From positions 1 to 46,934 of the forward strand of contig JBQCEJ010000013.1 of assembly GCA_051960355.1 (NCBI GenBank): 46,934 bases of DNA. The letters are read 5' to 3'. Made by a program: the position numbers and the translations under genes. The notes below the pieces were generated by a model that searched no databases, was not told where the DNA came from, and was given only the letters and a program-made list of their open reading frames with translations. This document shows, piece after piece, positions 1 to 9,327 of the stretch. Positions within the stretch are counted from its first letter, which is position 1. Each line of letters begins with the position of its first letter. The stretch comes from Verrucomicrobiota bacterium. GTDB lineage: Bacteria; Verrucomicrobiota; Verrucomicrobiia; Limisphaerales; DASXHY01.

Positions 1-55
1 CAATGGGAATGTTGATGAGACTGAAACTGATCGAACCTTTCCAGATGGCGCGCAT
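1..55 (-). CDS. ku: Ku (NHEJ DNA end-binding protein), first 18 codons only; gene continues beyond the left edge
   Basis: Manual minus-strand translation from the ATG at 55-53 gives MRAIWKGSISFSLINIPI, which matches the highly conserved bacterial Ku N-terminus (MRAIWKG.ISFGLV.IPV). It is absent from the ORF track because it is open-ended. It lies 81 nt downstream of the DUF2254 gene on the same strand. Confidence 0.6.
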   Translation of the reverse strand, partial: MRAIWKGSISFSLINIPI

Positions 56-136
56 AAAATGACTCCTCAAACTAATCTGCTCCGTGGGGAGCGCGACTAG
101 GTTCATCACCCCGGTGTCTGGAAAACGGGGAGAGTT

Positions 137-1450
137 TCAACCGGGCTTGAGCGCTGCCGCTGAAAGAAGCGTGTCGGCAGTTCTTTGCACGCGATCCATG
201 ACTGCGTCCAGATCGGCGCGGGAATCGATGTGTTGGCGGGCAGCTTCATCCACGAGCCGGACGTGCTTCAAGAGCGCGGGCCGATATTCCGGTCGTGCGA
301 CGGTGGCGAGCAGGTGGATGACTTTGAGCAGACGCAGTAGAATGGCGGGATTTTCGCGGCCGCTCTGGCGGATTTGGAGCAGCGCCTCGTCGAGCAGACG
401 TTCGACGTTGAGCGGTTTTTGGAGGATAACTCGAAGCGTGCGATCCTTGTCCGTTTGCGTTGTCGGAACTTTGCGTTGAACCGCAAGGTGAAGAATGGGA
501 CTGAGATAATCCACGACGTTGATGGCGGTGGTGGTGTCGTTGATGCCCGGCGAGAGCGCCTTCATGGCGATGTCCACCAGTTGGCGGATGCCGTAGCTGG
601 GATCCTGTTCCACGGTGCGGAAGTTGTCGATGATGACGCAGCTTTGAAGTTTGCGAGTGAGTTTGGGATCAAGTCGGATAGCCGGTGTCACTGACAAAAG
701 CAGGGTGCCGGCGACGATGAATTCCCCAATCTTGCGCTCCACACGAACGCAGAGTTCATGTTCTTCGGCAAGCTTCAGCAAGCCCGAGCCGACCGACTGG
801 AGATAGCCGCTTTGTTGGGATTGGACTTCGGACCATTCGCAACGGCTGGGCAGTTCAAAGTGGAGCGCTTTTGCCTCCGGCGGATCGGCGGGAAATTCTT
901 TTTCCACAGCGCTCACCGTCTCGTTGGAAATGGATTCAATGATAGTCTGCGCCTGAATGACAGTGGCAATGTGGTGAATGAAGTAAACGAGAAATCCAAT
1001 GCTGCACATTGCCAGCGCGATCGTCGTGGTGATCGAGATCGCGGGCACAAAAGGCTGCGGACCGGAGCGGATCGTGCGCATCACAATCAGGCTGTAAGTG
1101 AACACCGCCACAAACACGCCGAGAACCAAACGAGTGCCGGGGTCGCGCATGAAATTGCGCAGAATCCGCGGCGTGTATTGATTGGAAGCCATGGAAAGCG
1201 CCACGATCGTCATGGAGAAAGTGATGCTCGTAACGGTGATCATGGAACCGGCGATCGCTTCCAGAATCCCTCGGGCACCTTCCGGGCTGACGCCAAACAG
1301 GCGAGGCCAGCGTTCTCCCAGGGCGGGCTCGAATCGGATGTCTGCTTCGATCGTGAGGATCGCCAGCCCAATGGCGCCCAGCACCATCAGCGAAGGCACA
1401 AACCAGAAGCTGGCGCGCAGGTGGATTTTGATTTTTTCAAGCCTTCCCAT
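137..1450 (-). CDS. DUF2254 family membrane protein
   Basis: 437-aa ORF. N-terminal multi-TM region (FWFVPSLMVLGAIGLAILTI..., GSMITVTSITFSMTIVALSMASNQYTPRILRNF) followed by a soluble domain with ALSPGINDTTTAINVVDYL, the pattern I recall for DUF2254. Confidence 0.8.
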   Translation of the reverse strand: MGRLEKIKIHLRASFWFVPSLMVLGAIGLAILTIEADIRFEPALGERWPRLFGVSPEGARGILEAIAGSMITVTSITFSMTIVALSMASNQYTPRILRNFMRDPGTRLVLGVFVAVFTYSLIVMRTIRSGPQPFVPAISITTTIALAMCSIGFLVYFIHHIATVIQAQTIIESISNETVSAVEKEFPADPPEAKALHFELPSRCEWSEVQSQQSGYLQSVGSGLLKLAEEHELCVRVERKIGEFIVAGTLLLSVTPAIRLDPKLTRKLQSCVIIDNFRTVEQDPSYGIRQLVDIAMKALSPGINDTTTAINVVDYLSPILHLAVQRKVPTTQTDKDRTLRVILQKPLNVERLLDEALLQIRQSGRENPAILLRLLKVIHLLATVARPEYRPALLKHVRLVDEAARQHIDSRADLDAVMDRVQRTADTLLSAAALKPG

Positions 1451-1509
1451 AAATAGGATTCGTCAACTGCGGGGAAGCGGGTCCCACTCGTTGCGTTCGC
1501 CGGACGCAC

Positions 1510-2481
1510 TCAAGCCGTTGGAAGTTTTTGTTTCAGCTTCAGGACGGGCTGGAACAAGTCTCCGTTCTTCGTGACTCGCTGAAGCACTTGGTCGGAAAGA
1601 AAGCTCAGTCGTCCGGCGTCTTTCTTTTTCAAGGCCGCTTTGACTTCATCCCATTCCACCGGCGTCGATGCCGTCGGGCGTTCTTTTGCGCGCAGTGAAT
1701 AAACGCAAACCGTCGTTTTATGCTGATCGTTCTGGCTCCAGTCCACGAAGACTTTTCCGGTGCGCAGGCGCTTCTCCATGCGTGAGACGATCAGTTCCGG
1801 GCGGGCGCTCTGCAACTGATCGGCCATGGCGTGGGCGAAAGGCTTGGTTTGCTCGTAAGTCGTCGGCGTGTTCAAGGGAACGTAAACCTGCAATCCCTTC
1901 GAGCCTGACGTTTTGGGAAAGCTCTGGAGTTTCAATTCGTCGAGCCGTTCCTTGAGCAGCAAGCCGACTTCGGCGCAGTGCAGCACATTGGCGGGCGGGC
2001 CGGGATCGAGATCGAAGACCAGCATCGTCGGCTGGTTGACCTTGTCGGCTTTGGCCAGAAAAGTGTGTAGTTCCAGGTCGCCGAGGTTGGCGGCCCAGAC
2101 CATCGATGGCAGGTCGTTGGCGAGGCAGTAATGAATCTCCGCGTTGTTGCCTTCGCTCCAGATCGGAGCGGTTTTGATCCACGTCGGACGATACGGCGGA
2201 CAACGTTTCTCGTAAAAAAAACCACCTTCCACTCCGTCGGGATAACGCTTGAGGGTCAGCGGCCGGTTTTCCAAATGCGGCAACAGCACCGGCGAAATCC
2301 GGATGTAATAGTCGATCACCTGCGCTTTGGTGAAACCGCTTTTCGGGTAGTAAACTTTGTTCAGTCGCGACACCGGCACGTCCCGGCCCTGGACATTCAA
2401 GATTTGCTTTTCGGAACTGGAATCAGGTTTGTGAGAGGATTTGCGAGGCGATGCCGCTTTCTTCGCGCGAGTGATGCTCAT
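1510..2481 (-). CDS. Stand-alone LigD polymerase/primase domain protein (NHEJ PolDom)
   Basis: 323-aa ORF with LNKVYYPKSGFTKAQVIDYY, RYPDGV..GFFYEKR, MLVFDLDPG, KTSGSKGLQVYVPL, VFVDWSQN and YSLRA motifs typical of the AEP-primase LigD Pol domain. No ligase or phosphoesterase domain is attached. Confidence 0.88.
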   Translation of the reverse strand: MSITRAKKAASPRKSSHKPDSSSEKQILNVQGRDVPVSRLNKVYYPKSGFTKAQVIDYYIRISPVLLPHLENRPLTLKRYPDGVEGGFFYEKRCPPYRPTWIKTAPIWSEGNNAEIHYCLANDLPSMVWAANLGDLELHTFLAKADKVNQPTMLVFDLDPGPPANVLHCAEVGLLLKERLDELKLQSFPKTSGSKGLQVYVPLNTPTTYEQTKPFAHAMADQLQSARPELIVSRMEKRLRTGKVFVDWSQNDQHKTTVCVYSLRAKERPTASTPVEWDEVKAALKKKDAGRLSFLSDQVLQRVTKNGDLFQPVLKLKQKLPTA

Positions 2482-2503
2482 ACCAGGGAGATGACTTCGG
2501 CAG

Positions 2504-2692
2504 TCAGCGATCCTTGTTCCGGCGTTGGCCCGACCGCGAAATCCATGATTCGGGTGCGAGCGCTAATTTCAACGGTTCGGTTTCTTTTTCGGCGAGCGCC
2601 TTGAGAAAGGCTTGGGGCTCGGCGGAAAACCCGGAGTTGCCCGGGACAATCTTCGCGGTTGCCAATTCTTCGGCTCTCAGTTTGCGCGCCAT
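2504..2692 (-). CDS. Small hypothetical protein (62 aa), speculative
   Basis: Internal ATG of the 2504..2830 ORF. It fills the gap between the upstream hypothetical gene (stop at 2698) and the PolDom start (2481) on the same strand. No recognisable motif and no clear SD. Confidence 0.2.
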   Translation of the reverse strand: MARKLRAEELATAKIVPGNSGFSAEPQAFLKALAEKETEPLKLALAPESWISRSGQRRNKDR

Positions 2693-2697
2693 GGGAG

Positions 2698-3273
2698 CTA
2701 CTCGTTGATGCCCCAATGGGACACATCCTTGTCGGTGGGTTGATGCGCCAATCCGACGAGAGTTGACAAGGTTTTGGTGTTTTGTTCCCAGTGGCTCTGG
2801 TCCGTCGTGGTGCCTTCCGCTTTGGGCCAAAGTCCCGGTTGTGAGAAGAAATCGATATGCGCCCGCTCGGCCACACTTGCCAGATAACTGCGCGCCGGAT
2901 TGTCCGTGTATTCCTCGCGATCAAAGAGGCCGACTATCGCGATGGCATTCATCTTTTCGCTCAACGCCATTTCAATCCACGATTTGGTTTCGGAGGGTAA
3001 ATCGCCGCGTCCATGGGCGGAAACAATGATCAAGTCAGCCGTTCCAGCGTCCTTGGCCGCCATGTCTCTCAGTTTCGGCACGGCGAGAACATCGAATTTC
3101 CACATCTGCTGATGGAAAATACAGTCCTCGCCCAAGTGTTCGGCGAGAAAGTCATAGGTCCGTTTCGCGTGCTTGCCGGTCTCAAAGTCTTCGTAGGCAA
3201 TGACAACGTTAAAGACGTGGTCATTCGGGGTTTTTAAGGCAGTCAAAGGGGGGAAAGTGAGTGCGTTTTGCAT
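2698..3273 (-). CDS. Hypothetical protein (191 aa)
   Basis: ORF 2698..3339, trimmed to the ATG at 3273 (MQNALTFPP...). The composition looks coding. No family recognised. Confidence 0.55.
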   Translation of the reverse strand: MQNALTFPPLTALKTPNDHVFNVVIAYEDFETGKHAKRTYDFLAEHLGEDCIFHQQMWKFDVLAVPKLRDMAAKDAGTADLIIVSAHGRGDLPSETKSWIEMALSEKMNAIAIVGLFDREEYTDNPARSYLASVAERAHIDFFSQPGLWPKAEGTTTDQSHWEQNTKTLSTLVGLAHQPTDKDVSHWGINE

Positions 3274-3354
3274 CAACCGACAATGAATTCCGGGTTGTTT
3301 TGTCTCAATAGGGTGTTGACCCCAAACGCTGGAAAACAAGACGCCAACCAGCGC

Positions 3355-4077
3355 TCACCGCAGCCAATAGGTCAGCAGCGGCGCCCAGATCAGGCTCGGC
3401 AGGTAATCCGTTACTTCGATTTTGCGGATCTCAAAGATGATCAGGGAAATGCAGAAGATCAGCAGTCCGGCGGTCGCATTGACGCAGTCGAGCAGATTGT
3501 GGGATTCCAGGAACGGCAGTAGAAATCTTGCGCACACCAACGTGATTGTTCCTTGAAACGCCAGCAACGGCACTGCCGACAGAATCGCTCCCAATCCAAA
3601 CAGCGCTGCGAAACTCATCGCCGCCAAACCGTCCATCACGGCCTTGATCGCCAGGGGACAGAAGTAGGCTGAAAGCCCGTCGGTGAGCGCGCCCAACAAA
3701 CCCAACGGCGCCGCGCAAAAGAGCAGGGCGCAAACCGCGAAACCATCGCTGAACCGATTCGGGTTTTCTGGCTTGGCTACGGTCATTTTGCGCCGCGCAA
3801 AATGGCCGAGGCGATTCGACGCCTTTTGCAGGTGCAACAACCGGCCGGTAAGACGGCCGAGTGTCAGGGCGATAAGCACGATCAGCAGTTGCTGGAGGAT
3901 TTGCAGGAATGAGCCATTGAAGCTGACCCAAGTCAGGCGCAGGCCGCACATCACAGTGAAGGCGCCCAGGGCCGTTTTGAAGAAAAGCTGGCTGCTGGGC
4001 GAAGGTTGATTCTTCCAGAGCAGGCCTAAAGCGCCGCCCACCACGATTCCCGCCACGTTGAGCCATGTTCCAACCAC
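3355..4077 (-). CDS. DUF554 family inner-membrane protein (YqgA/YdfK-like)
   Basis: ORF 3355..4179. A GTG at 4077 gives VVGTWLNVAGIVVGGALG, the usual DUF554 start. LFCAAPLGLLGALTDGL and AIKAVMDGLAAMSFAALFG resemble E. coli YqgA. The start is uncertain; the longest version begins at 4179. Confidence 0.8.
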   Translation of the reverse strand: MVGTWLNVAGIVVGGALGLLWKNQPSPSSQLFFKTALGAFTVMCGLRLTWVSFNGSFLQILQQLLIVLIALTLGRLTGRLLHLQKASNRLGHFARRKMTVAKPENPNRFSDGFAVCALLFCAAPLGLLGALTDGLSAYFCPLAIKAVMDGLAAMSFAALFGLGAILSAVPLLAFQGTITLVCARFLLPFLESHNLLDCVNATAGLLIFCISLIIFEIRKIEVTDYLPSLIWAPLLTYWLR

Positions 4078-4232
4078 GGCAAGACTCAAACAATTCCCGA
4101 GGCAAAGATCAAAGGGGAAATTCCGAAGCGCGGCTGATTTTGCGGGATCGCGTTCGAAGGTCTTTTTCAGCACCAGCACTTAAAACTTCCCTTGCGTTTC
4201 CGGCGACCCTCGTGAAAACTTTCACAATCTTT

Positions 4233-5321
4233 ATGGCACACGTCAAATTGCACATTCCGGGACCGGTTGAAGTCAGTGAAAAAACTTTCAAGGCATTTTG
4301 CTCGCCGATGATCGGTCACCGCGGGCAGGGTTTCAAAGATCTTTACGCCAAGATGCAGCCGCAACTGCAACAGTTGCTCTCAACAAAGCAGCTGGTTTAC
4401 ATCTCCACTTCATCCGCCTGGGGCGTGATGGAAGGCGCGCTCCGCAACCTGGTCACCAAGAAAGTGCTGAACTGCATGTGCGGCGCTTTCTCGGACAAAT
4501 GGTTCGATGTCTCCAAGCGTTGCGGCAAGGACGCCGACGCGTTGCAAGTGCCGTGGGGTTCGCCCATTCGCGCCTCCGAGATCGACAAGAAACTCGCCAC
4601 TGGCCAGTTCGACGCGCTCACGCTCATTCACAACGAGACGTCTACCGGCGTCATGAGCCCACTCGCGGAAATCGCCGCGCTCAAGAAAAAATATCCCGAC
4701 GTGATGTTCATCGTGGATGCGGTCAGTTCGATGACGGCCGTGCCGCTGAACTTCGATGAACTCGGAATTGACGTGTTGCTTGCGGGAACGCAAAAGGCCT
4801 TTGCGTTGCCGCCCGGAACCGCTGTTTTCACCTGCTCACCCGCTGCACTGGCCAAAGCTGCGACGGTCAAGGATCGCGGATATTATTTCGATTTCGTCGA
4901 ATTCCAGAAGAACGCCGAGCAGAGCATGACGCCGAGCACGCCCAGCATCGGCCACGTTTATGCGCTCGCTTCCAAGCTGGACGATATGTTCGCCGAAGGG
5001 CTGGAAGCCCGCTATGCGCGGCATCGCAAAACCAACCAGATGACGCGCGACTGGGCGGCGAAGCACGGTTTCACCTTGTTCCCGGACGCCGGTTTTGAAT
5101 CGATCACCTTGACCTGCGTGAATAACGGCGCCAAGCCCGGCGGTCGCACCGTCGATGCCGCCAAGCTGCAAAAGCTGGTGAAGGATCAGGGCTTCCTGAT
5201 CGATGGCGGCTACGGAAAAATCAAAGGCACGACGTTCCGCCTGTCGAACATGGGCGATGAAACCGAGGCCACGATGAATCAGCTCTACGCCGCTCTCGAC
5301 AAGGCGATGGCTCAACTTTGA
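4233..5321 (+). CDS. Class V PLP-dependent aminotransferase (alanine-glyoxylate / serine-pyruvate aminotransferase family)
   Basis: ORF 4065..5321, trimmed to the ATG at 4233 (MAHVKLHIPGPVEV...). LIHNETSTGV, IVDAVSS and the GTQKAFALPPG PLP-lysine motif are present. Confidence 0.85.
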   Translation: MAHVKLHIPGPVEVSEKTFKAFCSPMIGHRGQGFKDLYAKMQPQLQQLLSTKQLVYISTSSAWGVMEGALRNLVTKKVLNCMCGAFSDKWFDVSKRCGKDADALQVPWGSPIRASEIDKKLATGQFDALTLIHNETSTGVMSPLAEIAALKKKYPDVMFIVDAVSSMTAVPLNFDELGIDVLLAGTQKAFALPPGTAVFTCSPAALAKAATVKDRGYYFDFVEFQKNAEQSMTPSTPSIGHVYALASKLDDMFAEGLEARYARHRKTNQMTRDWAAKHGFTLFPDAGFESITLTCVNNGAKPGGRTVDAAKLQKLVKDQGFLIDGGYGKIKGTTFRLSNMGDETEATMNQLYAALDKAMAQL

Positions 5322-5335
5322 TTCGGCTGAATTCA

Positions 5336-5375
5336 GCCGGCAGTCCGCGCGAGCGGATTGCCGGCTTTTCATTTT
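5336..5375 (+). terminator. Putative rho-independent terminator after the aminotransferase gene
   Basis: GCCGGCA (5336-5342) pairs with TGCCGGC (5359-5365) and is followed by TTTTCATTTT. It is preceded by the palindrome CGGCTGAATTCAGCCG. Confidence 0.5.
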
Positions 5376-5401
5376 CTCCAACCGCTTTCTCCTGAACCGC
5401 C

Positions 5402-6334
5402 GTGCCAACCAACTCCGGTTACCAACTCGTTCGCCTGAACAACGGCATCTGTTCCGTGCGCTCGCTGGCTGACGATGAAACTTTTCATCCAGTCATCGGC
5501 CCGGTGGCGGAAGCGGAAGCGCTTTATGTGAATCAACTCCGGCTTCGAGAACGCCTTAAAAATCATCAGGGCGAATTCGTCATCTGGGATGTCGGTTTGG
5601 GCGCGGCCGCCAATGCACTCGCGGTCTTGCGCGCCACGCGGGACATCGCCTGTCGCATCCGGCTCGTCAGTTTCGACCACACCGCCGAGCCGCTGGAGTT
5701 TGCGTTACGACATGCGTCCGAGCTGGGCTATTTCGGCGGTTACGAAAATCACCTGCAAGAATTGCTGCGCGAGCATCGGGTTTCCTTTGGTGACGGTCCG
5801 CAATCGGTGGACTGGGCTTTCCGCCACGGCGATTTCCCAACTTTGCTGGCTCGTGAATCGGAACGGCGATCGGCGTCGCTCCGAGAAGTTTCGGACGAAT
5901 CGGTTTTTGGCGCGCCGCCTCACGCGATTCTTTTCGACGCCTTTTCGCCGGCGAAAAATCCCGCCATGTGGACGTTGCCGCTCTTCACGCAATTGTTCCG
6001 TCTGCTCGATCCGAAACGTCCCTGCGCGTTGCCGACGTATTCTCGCTCGACGATTTTGCGCGTCACCCTGCTGCTCGCCGGTTTCTATGTCGGAGTGGGT
6101 CACGCCACCGGCGAGAAGGAACAAACGACGATTGCCGCGAACACGCTGGAGATGCTGGCTGAACCGCTGGACCGCCGCTGGTTGGAACGCGCCGGGCGTT
6201 CGCACAGTGCGGAGCCAATGATGGAAGCAGTCTATCGCTGCGCGCCTTTGTCTGCCGAGACTTGGGACAAGTTGCAAAATCATCCGCAGTTTCAAAGCGA
6301 GCGGAAGGAGCGATCAATCAGCATTGAACGCTGA
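5402..6334 (+). CDS. MnmC-like SAM-dependent methyltransferase domain protein (no FAD oxidoreductase domain)
   Basis: 310-aa ORF with a GTG start. IWDVGLGAAANAL and ILFDAFSPAKNPAMWT are the motifs I associate with the MnmC methyltransferase domain (Methyltransf_30). Confidence 0.7.
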   Translation: MPTNSGYQLVRLNNGICSVRSLADDETFHPVIGPVAEAEALYVNQLRLRERLKNHQGEFVIWDVGLGAAANALAVLRATRDIACRIRLVSFDHTAEPLEFALRHASELGYFGGYENHLQELLREHRVSFGDGPQSVDWAFRHGDFPTLLARESERRSASLREVSDESVFGAPPHAILFDAFSPAKNPAMWTLPLFTQLFRLLDPKRPCALPTYSRSTILRVTLLLAGFYVGVGHATGEKEQTTIAANTLEMLAEPLDRRWLERAGRSHSAEPMMEAVYRCAPLSAETWDKLQNHPQFQSERKERSISIER

Positions 6335-6414
6335 ATCTGCAATGAGGAACGGATTGCTCGCGCGCCCGGCGTTTTGCAGTGTTCATCTCCCTCTGAGTAT
6401 GGTTTATTCTGGGC

Positions 6415-7464
6415 GTGAATTTCCACGAGACATTTGATGCCATGCTGGCTGCGTCGGCGCCGGTTCTGGCGCTGGCCCCGATGCAGGACGTCACGGATCT
6501 GCCATTTTGGAAACTCATGACGGCTTACGGCGGAACGGATGTTTACTACACGGAATACTTCCGCGTTCACGCCACTTCGAGCCTCGAAGGACACATTCTT
6601 AAATCGATCACGGAAAATCCGACCGGCAAACCGGTGATTGCGCAGATGATCGGCAACGACATTCCTTCGTTGGTCCGCACGGCGCGGCAGTTGCAGGAGC
6701 ACCCGATTGTGGCGGTCGATTTGAATCTCGGTTGCCCGGCGCCAATCGTTTACCGGAAGTGCGCTGGCGGCGGTTTGCTGCGGGAGCCGCAGAAGGTGGA
6801 CGCGATTCTGGGTGCGTTGCGGGATGCGGTGAAGATCAAGTTCACGGTGAAGACGCGGCTCGGTTTTGATTCGCCCGCAGTGTTCGAACAGTTCCTTCCG
6901 ATCTTCGCGAAACACTCGATCGATCTGCTGACGGTGCATGGACGAACGGTTTATGAGGGATACCGCAGTGAAGTGCATTACGATTACATCGCGCAAGCCG
7001 TCGCGGCGATGAATTGCCCCGTCCTCGCGAACGGTAATATTTATTCAGCGGAAAAAGCCGACGAGGTGTTGTCCCTCACTGGCGCCAAAGGCCTGATGAT
7101 CGGGCGGGGCGCGATTCGGAATCCCTGGCTTTTCCAGCAGATCAAGCAGCATCAACGCGGCGAGCCGATCACGTTGCCGAGTGGCCGCGATGTGCTGAGT
7201 TACGTGAAGGCACTTTATGGCGCGCTCTGCTCTCCCGATGTGCGCGAATCATCGCAGGTGGAAAAAATGAAAAAGTACATGAACTTCCTCGGGCTCGGCG
7301 TGGAGCCAACGGGACAGTTCCTGCATCAGATTCGGCGGGTGACAACCCGGGCGGATTTCTTCCGCGTTTGTGAAGATTTTTTGAATCACAATGATCCGCT
7401 GCCCTTGGAACCGTTTTCACTCGACCTGAAGAAGACCGACGTGATGGCGGGTGAACATCTTTGA
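6415..7464 (+). CDS. tRNA-dihydrouridine synthase (Dus family)
   Basis: 349-aa ORF with a GTG start. LAPMQDVTDLPFW, DLNLGCPAP, HGRT and GVMIGRGAIRNPW-type motifs are present. Confidence 0.9.
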   Translation: MNFHETFDAMLAASAPVLALAPMQDVTDLPFWKLMTAYGGTDVYYTEYFRVHATSSLEGHILKSITENPTGKPVIAQMIGNDIPSLVRTARQLQEHPIVAVDLNLGCPAPIVYRKCAGGGLLREPQKVDAILGALRDAVKIKFTVKTRLGFDSPAVFEQFLPIFAKHSIDLLTVHGRTVYEGYRSEVHYDYIAQAVAAMNCPVLANGNIYSAEKADEVLSLTGAKGLMIGRGAIRNPWLFQQIKQHQRGEPITLPSGRDVLSYVKALYGALCSPDVRESSQVEKMKKYMNFLGLGVEPTGQFLHQIRRVTTRADFFRVCEDFLNHNDPLPLEPFSLDLKKTDVMAGEHL

Positions 7465-7505
7465 GCGGTGCGCGAAGTTTCGAGGCTTCAGCAGCGGTGC
7501 AATGC

Positions 7506-7952
7506 TCACCCGTAGCGATACGGCTTTTCCATCACGAACGTGTTGGGCAGATGGCGCACCTCGTGAACGACGCCGTCTCGCAGGAGCACTTCGACAATAT
7601 CGAAGCGGATCTTCACTTCGGGATTTTTGAGCAGCCGCAGATAATCCAGAGCGGTCTGAGAAATCAAACGTCGCTTGCGAGCATTGGCCGCCGCAGCGGG
7701 GCGAACCCAATCTTCCGACGAACGCGTTTTGACTTCGATGAACACGAGGCAATCGTCGTCGCGAAAGACGAGATCGATTTCACCGTGGGCCGAGCGGAAG
7801 TTGGCCGTGAGAAACTTGAGGCCGTGTTGCTGAAGATGCTTTTTGGCTGCGCGTTCGCCGAGTTCGCCGCGAATCAAGTGGAGTGGTTTTTCCGTTCGGC
7901 TCAACCAGCTTTTGATTTTGGCTGCGAGATTCATTTCCCCATTTGAACCCAA
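7506..7952 (-). CDS. YraN family (UPF0102) endonuclease
   Basis: GELGERAAKKHLQQHGLKFLTANFRSAHGEIDLVF...LVFIEVKTR motif. It lies immediately downstream of rnhB on the same strand. An alternative start is at 7934. Confidence 0.85.
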   Translation of the reverse strand: MGSNGEMNLAAKIKSWLSRTEKPLHLIRGELGERAAKKHLQQHGLKFLTANFRSAHGEIDLVFRDDDCLVFIEVKTRSSEDWVRPAAAANARKRRLISQTALDYLRLLKNPEVKIRFDIVEVLLRDGVVHEVRHLPNTFVMEKPYRYG

Positions 7953-7957
7953 ACCGC

Positions 7958-8713
7958 TCAGGAAGCCCCGGGAGGCGTCGTTCCGCTTTCCGCTCCGGCA
8001 TCGGTGCTCTCAAACAAGTCCAGTTCCGTTTCCACTGGCCGAAACGGCGCGAAGCTGCGGCGATGGATGGGACAGGCGCCCAGTTGCGTGATCGCCGCGT
8101 AATGCCGTGGCGTGGCGTAGCCTTTGTGTTCGGAAAAACCGTAGCCGGGATAAAGCCGATCGTAATCCTGCATCAGGCGGTCGCGGGTGACCTTGGCGAG
8201 CACGCTGGCGGCGGCGATGGAATAGCTTTTCGCGTCGCCCTGCACCAAAGCCGTTTGAGGGTAGGGGAGCCACTTGATTTTCAAGCCGTCCACCAGCACG
8301 TGCTCGGGTCGTGGTTGGATTTGATCCAGCGCGAGGTTCATCGCGCGCCAGGCCGCCTGACGGCTATTGATTCGATCGATCGTTTCCACATCCACGATGG
8401 CCACGGCATGACGGACGTCCGGGTGTGCGGTCAGGATCGCGAAGAACTTTTCGCGCTGTTCCTCGGTGATCTGTTTGGAATCATTCAGGCCGCGCAGCTT
8501 GGAACACAGACCTTCTTCCAGCCAGCGATGGGGGAAGACCACCGCCGCCGCCACGACCGGACCGGCCAAAGGACCACAGCCCGCTTCATCGACGCCTGCG
8601 ACGAGTGTCGATCCGTTCTGCCAAAGCTCGCGTTCGTGCGAGAGTCGATTCCAGAATTTTGCGCCCATTTGGTCCGATTCACGATGGCGTCTGGTGGGAA
8701 TGGAGGCAATCAA
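7958..8713 (-). CDS. rnhB: Ribonuclease HII
   Basis: VAGVDEAGCGPLAGPVVAAAVV catalytic motif, DSKQIT, ASVLAKVTRD and HKGYATPRH. An alternative start is at 8668 (MGAKFW...). Confidence 0.92.
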   Translation of the reverse strand: MIASIPTRRHRESDQMGAKFWNRLSHERELWQNGSTLVAGVDEAGCGPLAGPVVAAAVVFPHRWLEEGLCSKLRGLNDSKQITEEQREKFFAILTAHPDVRHAVAIVDVETIDRINSRQAAWRAMNLALDQIQPRPEHVLVDGLKIKWLPYPQTALVQGDAKSYSIAAASVLAKVTRDRLMQDYDRLYPGYGFSEHKGYATPRHYAAITQLGACPIHRRSFAPFRPVETELDLFESTDAGAESGTTPPGAS

Positions 8714-8778
8714 AACCTGCTGGCTTGGGTCACAAAATCTCTGTTTATCCTCGGTGGCGCGTGGACTAGATTCGAAGC

Positions 8779-9309
8779 ATGAAAATTGAGGCGCTGCACA
8801 TCGGCATGAATGTTCGTCACCCGCAATACGGGTTGGGCGTGGTCAAAACCATTTCAGAAAGCACGGCGGAAATCCAATTCCTGGATGGCAAACGGACCGT
8901 TGCGCCTGAACCCGCCGAGCTTCAACCGGGCGAGCCGCAGGCGAACGTCAGCGGCCTGAGCGTGCCATTGAAACAGTTTGTCGAGCAGACGCTGGAGAGC
9001 GCGCTTCAAAAGCTTGGTTTGGAAAAGCCGGATGCGGAGGTGGAGAAACTCGGGTTGCGCTGGCACAATGGTAAACTGGTCTTGCACCCGGCCGATCCGA
9101 CCCTTCAGACCAAGGAAGTGCCGCTCGAAACGTTCTTTCACAAAGTTGTCGGCATGAGGAACCAGCTGCGCGTCTTGGAACAGAAAATCAACGCGCACGA
9201 AAAATTGACCGACGCCGAGAAGATCGAGATGCAGCAATACATCACCCGTTGCTACGGCTCCATGACAACGTTCAACGTGTTGTTCAAGGAGAAGGAAGAT
9301 CAATTCTAA
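8779..9309 (+). CDS. Hypothetical protein (176 aa) with an N-terminal Tudor/UvrD-C-like GxxVxHxxYGxGxV segment
   Basis: Clean ORF, divergent from rnhB. N-terminus reads [18 protein letters not shown]. No family name recognised. Confidence 0.6.
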   Translation: MKIEALHIGMNVRHPQYGLGVVKTISESTAEIQFLDGKRTVAPEPAELQPGEPQANVSGLSVPLKQFVEQTLESALQKLGLEKPDAEVEKLGLRWHNGKLVLHPADPTLQTKEVPLETFFHKVVGMRNQLRVLEQKINAHEKLTDAEKIEMQQYITRCYGSMTTFNVLFKEKEDQF

Positions 9310-9327
9310 ACATTTACGTTCATGCGC

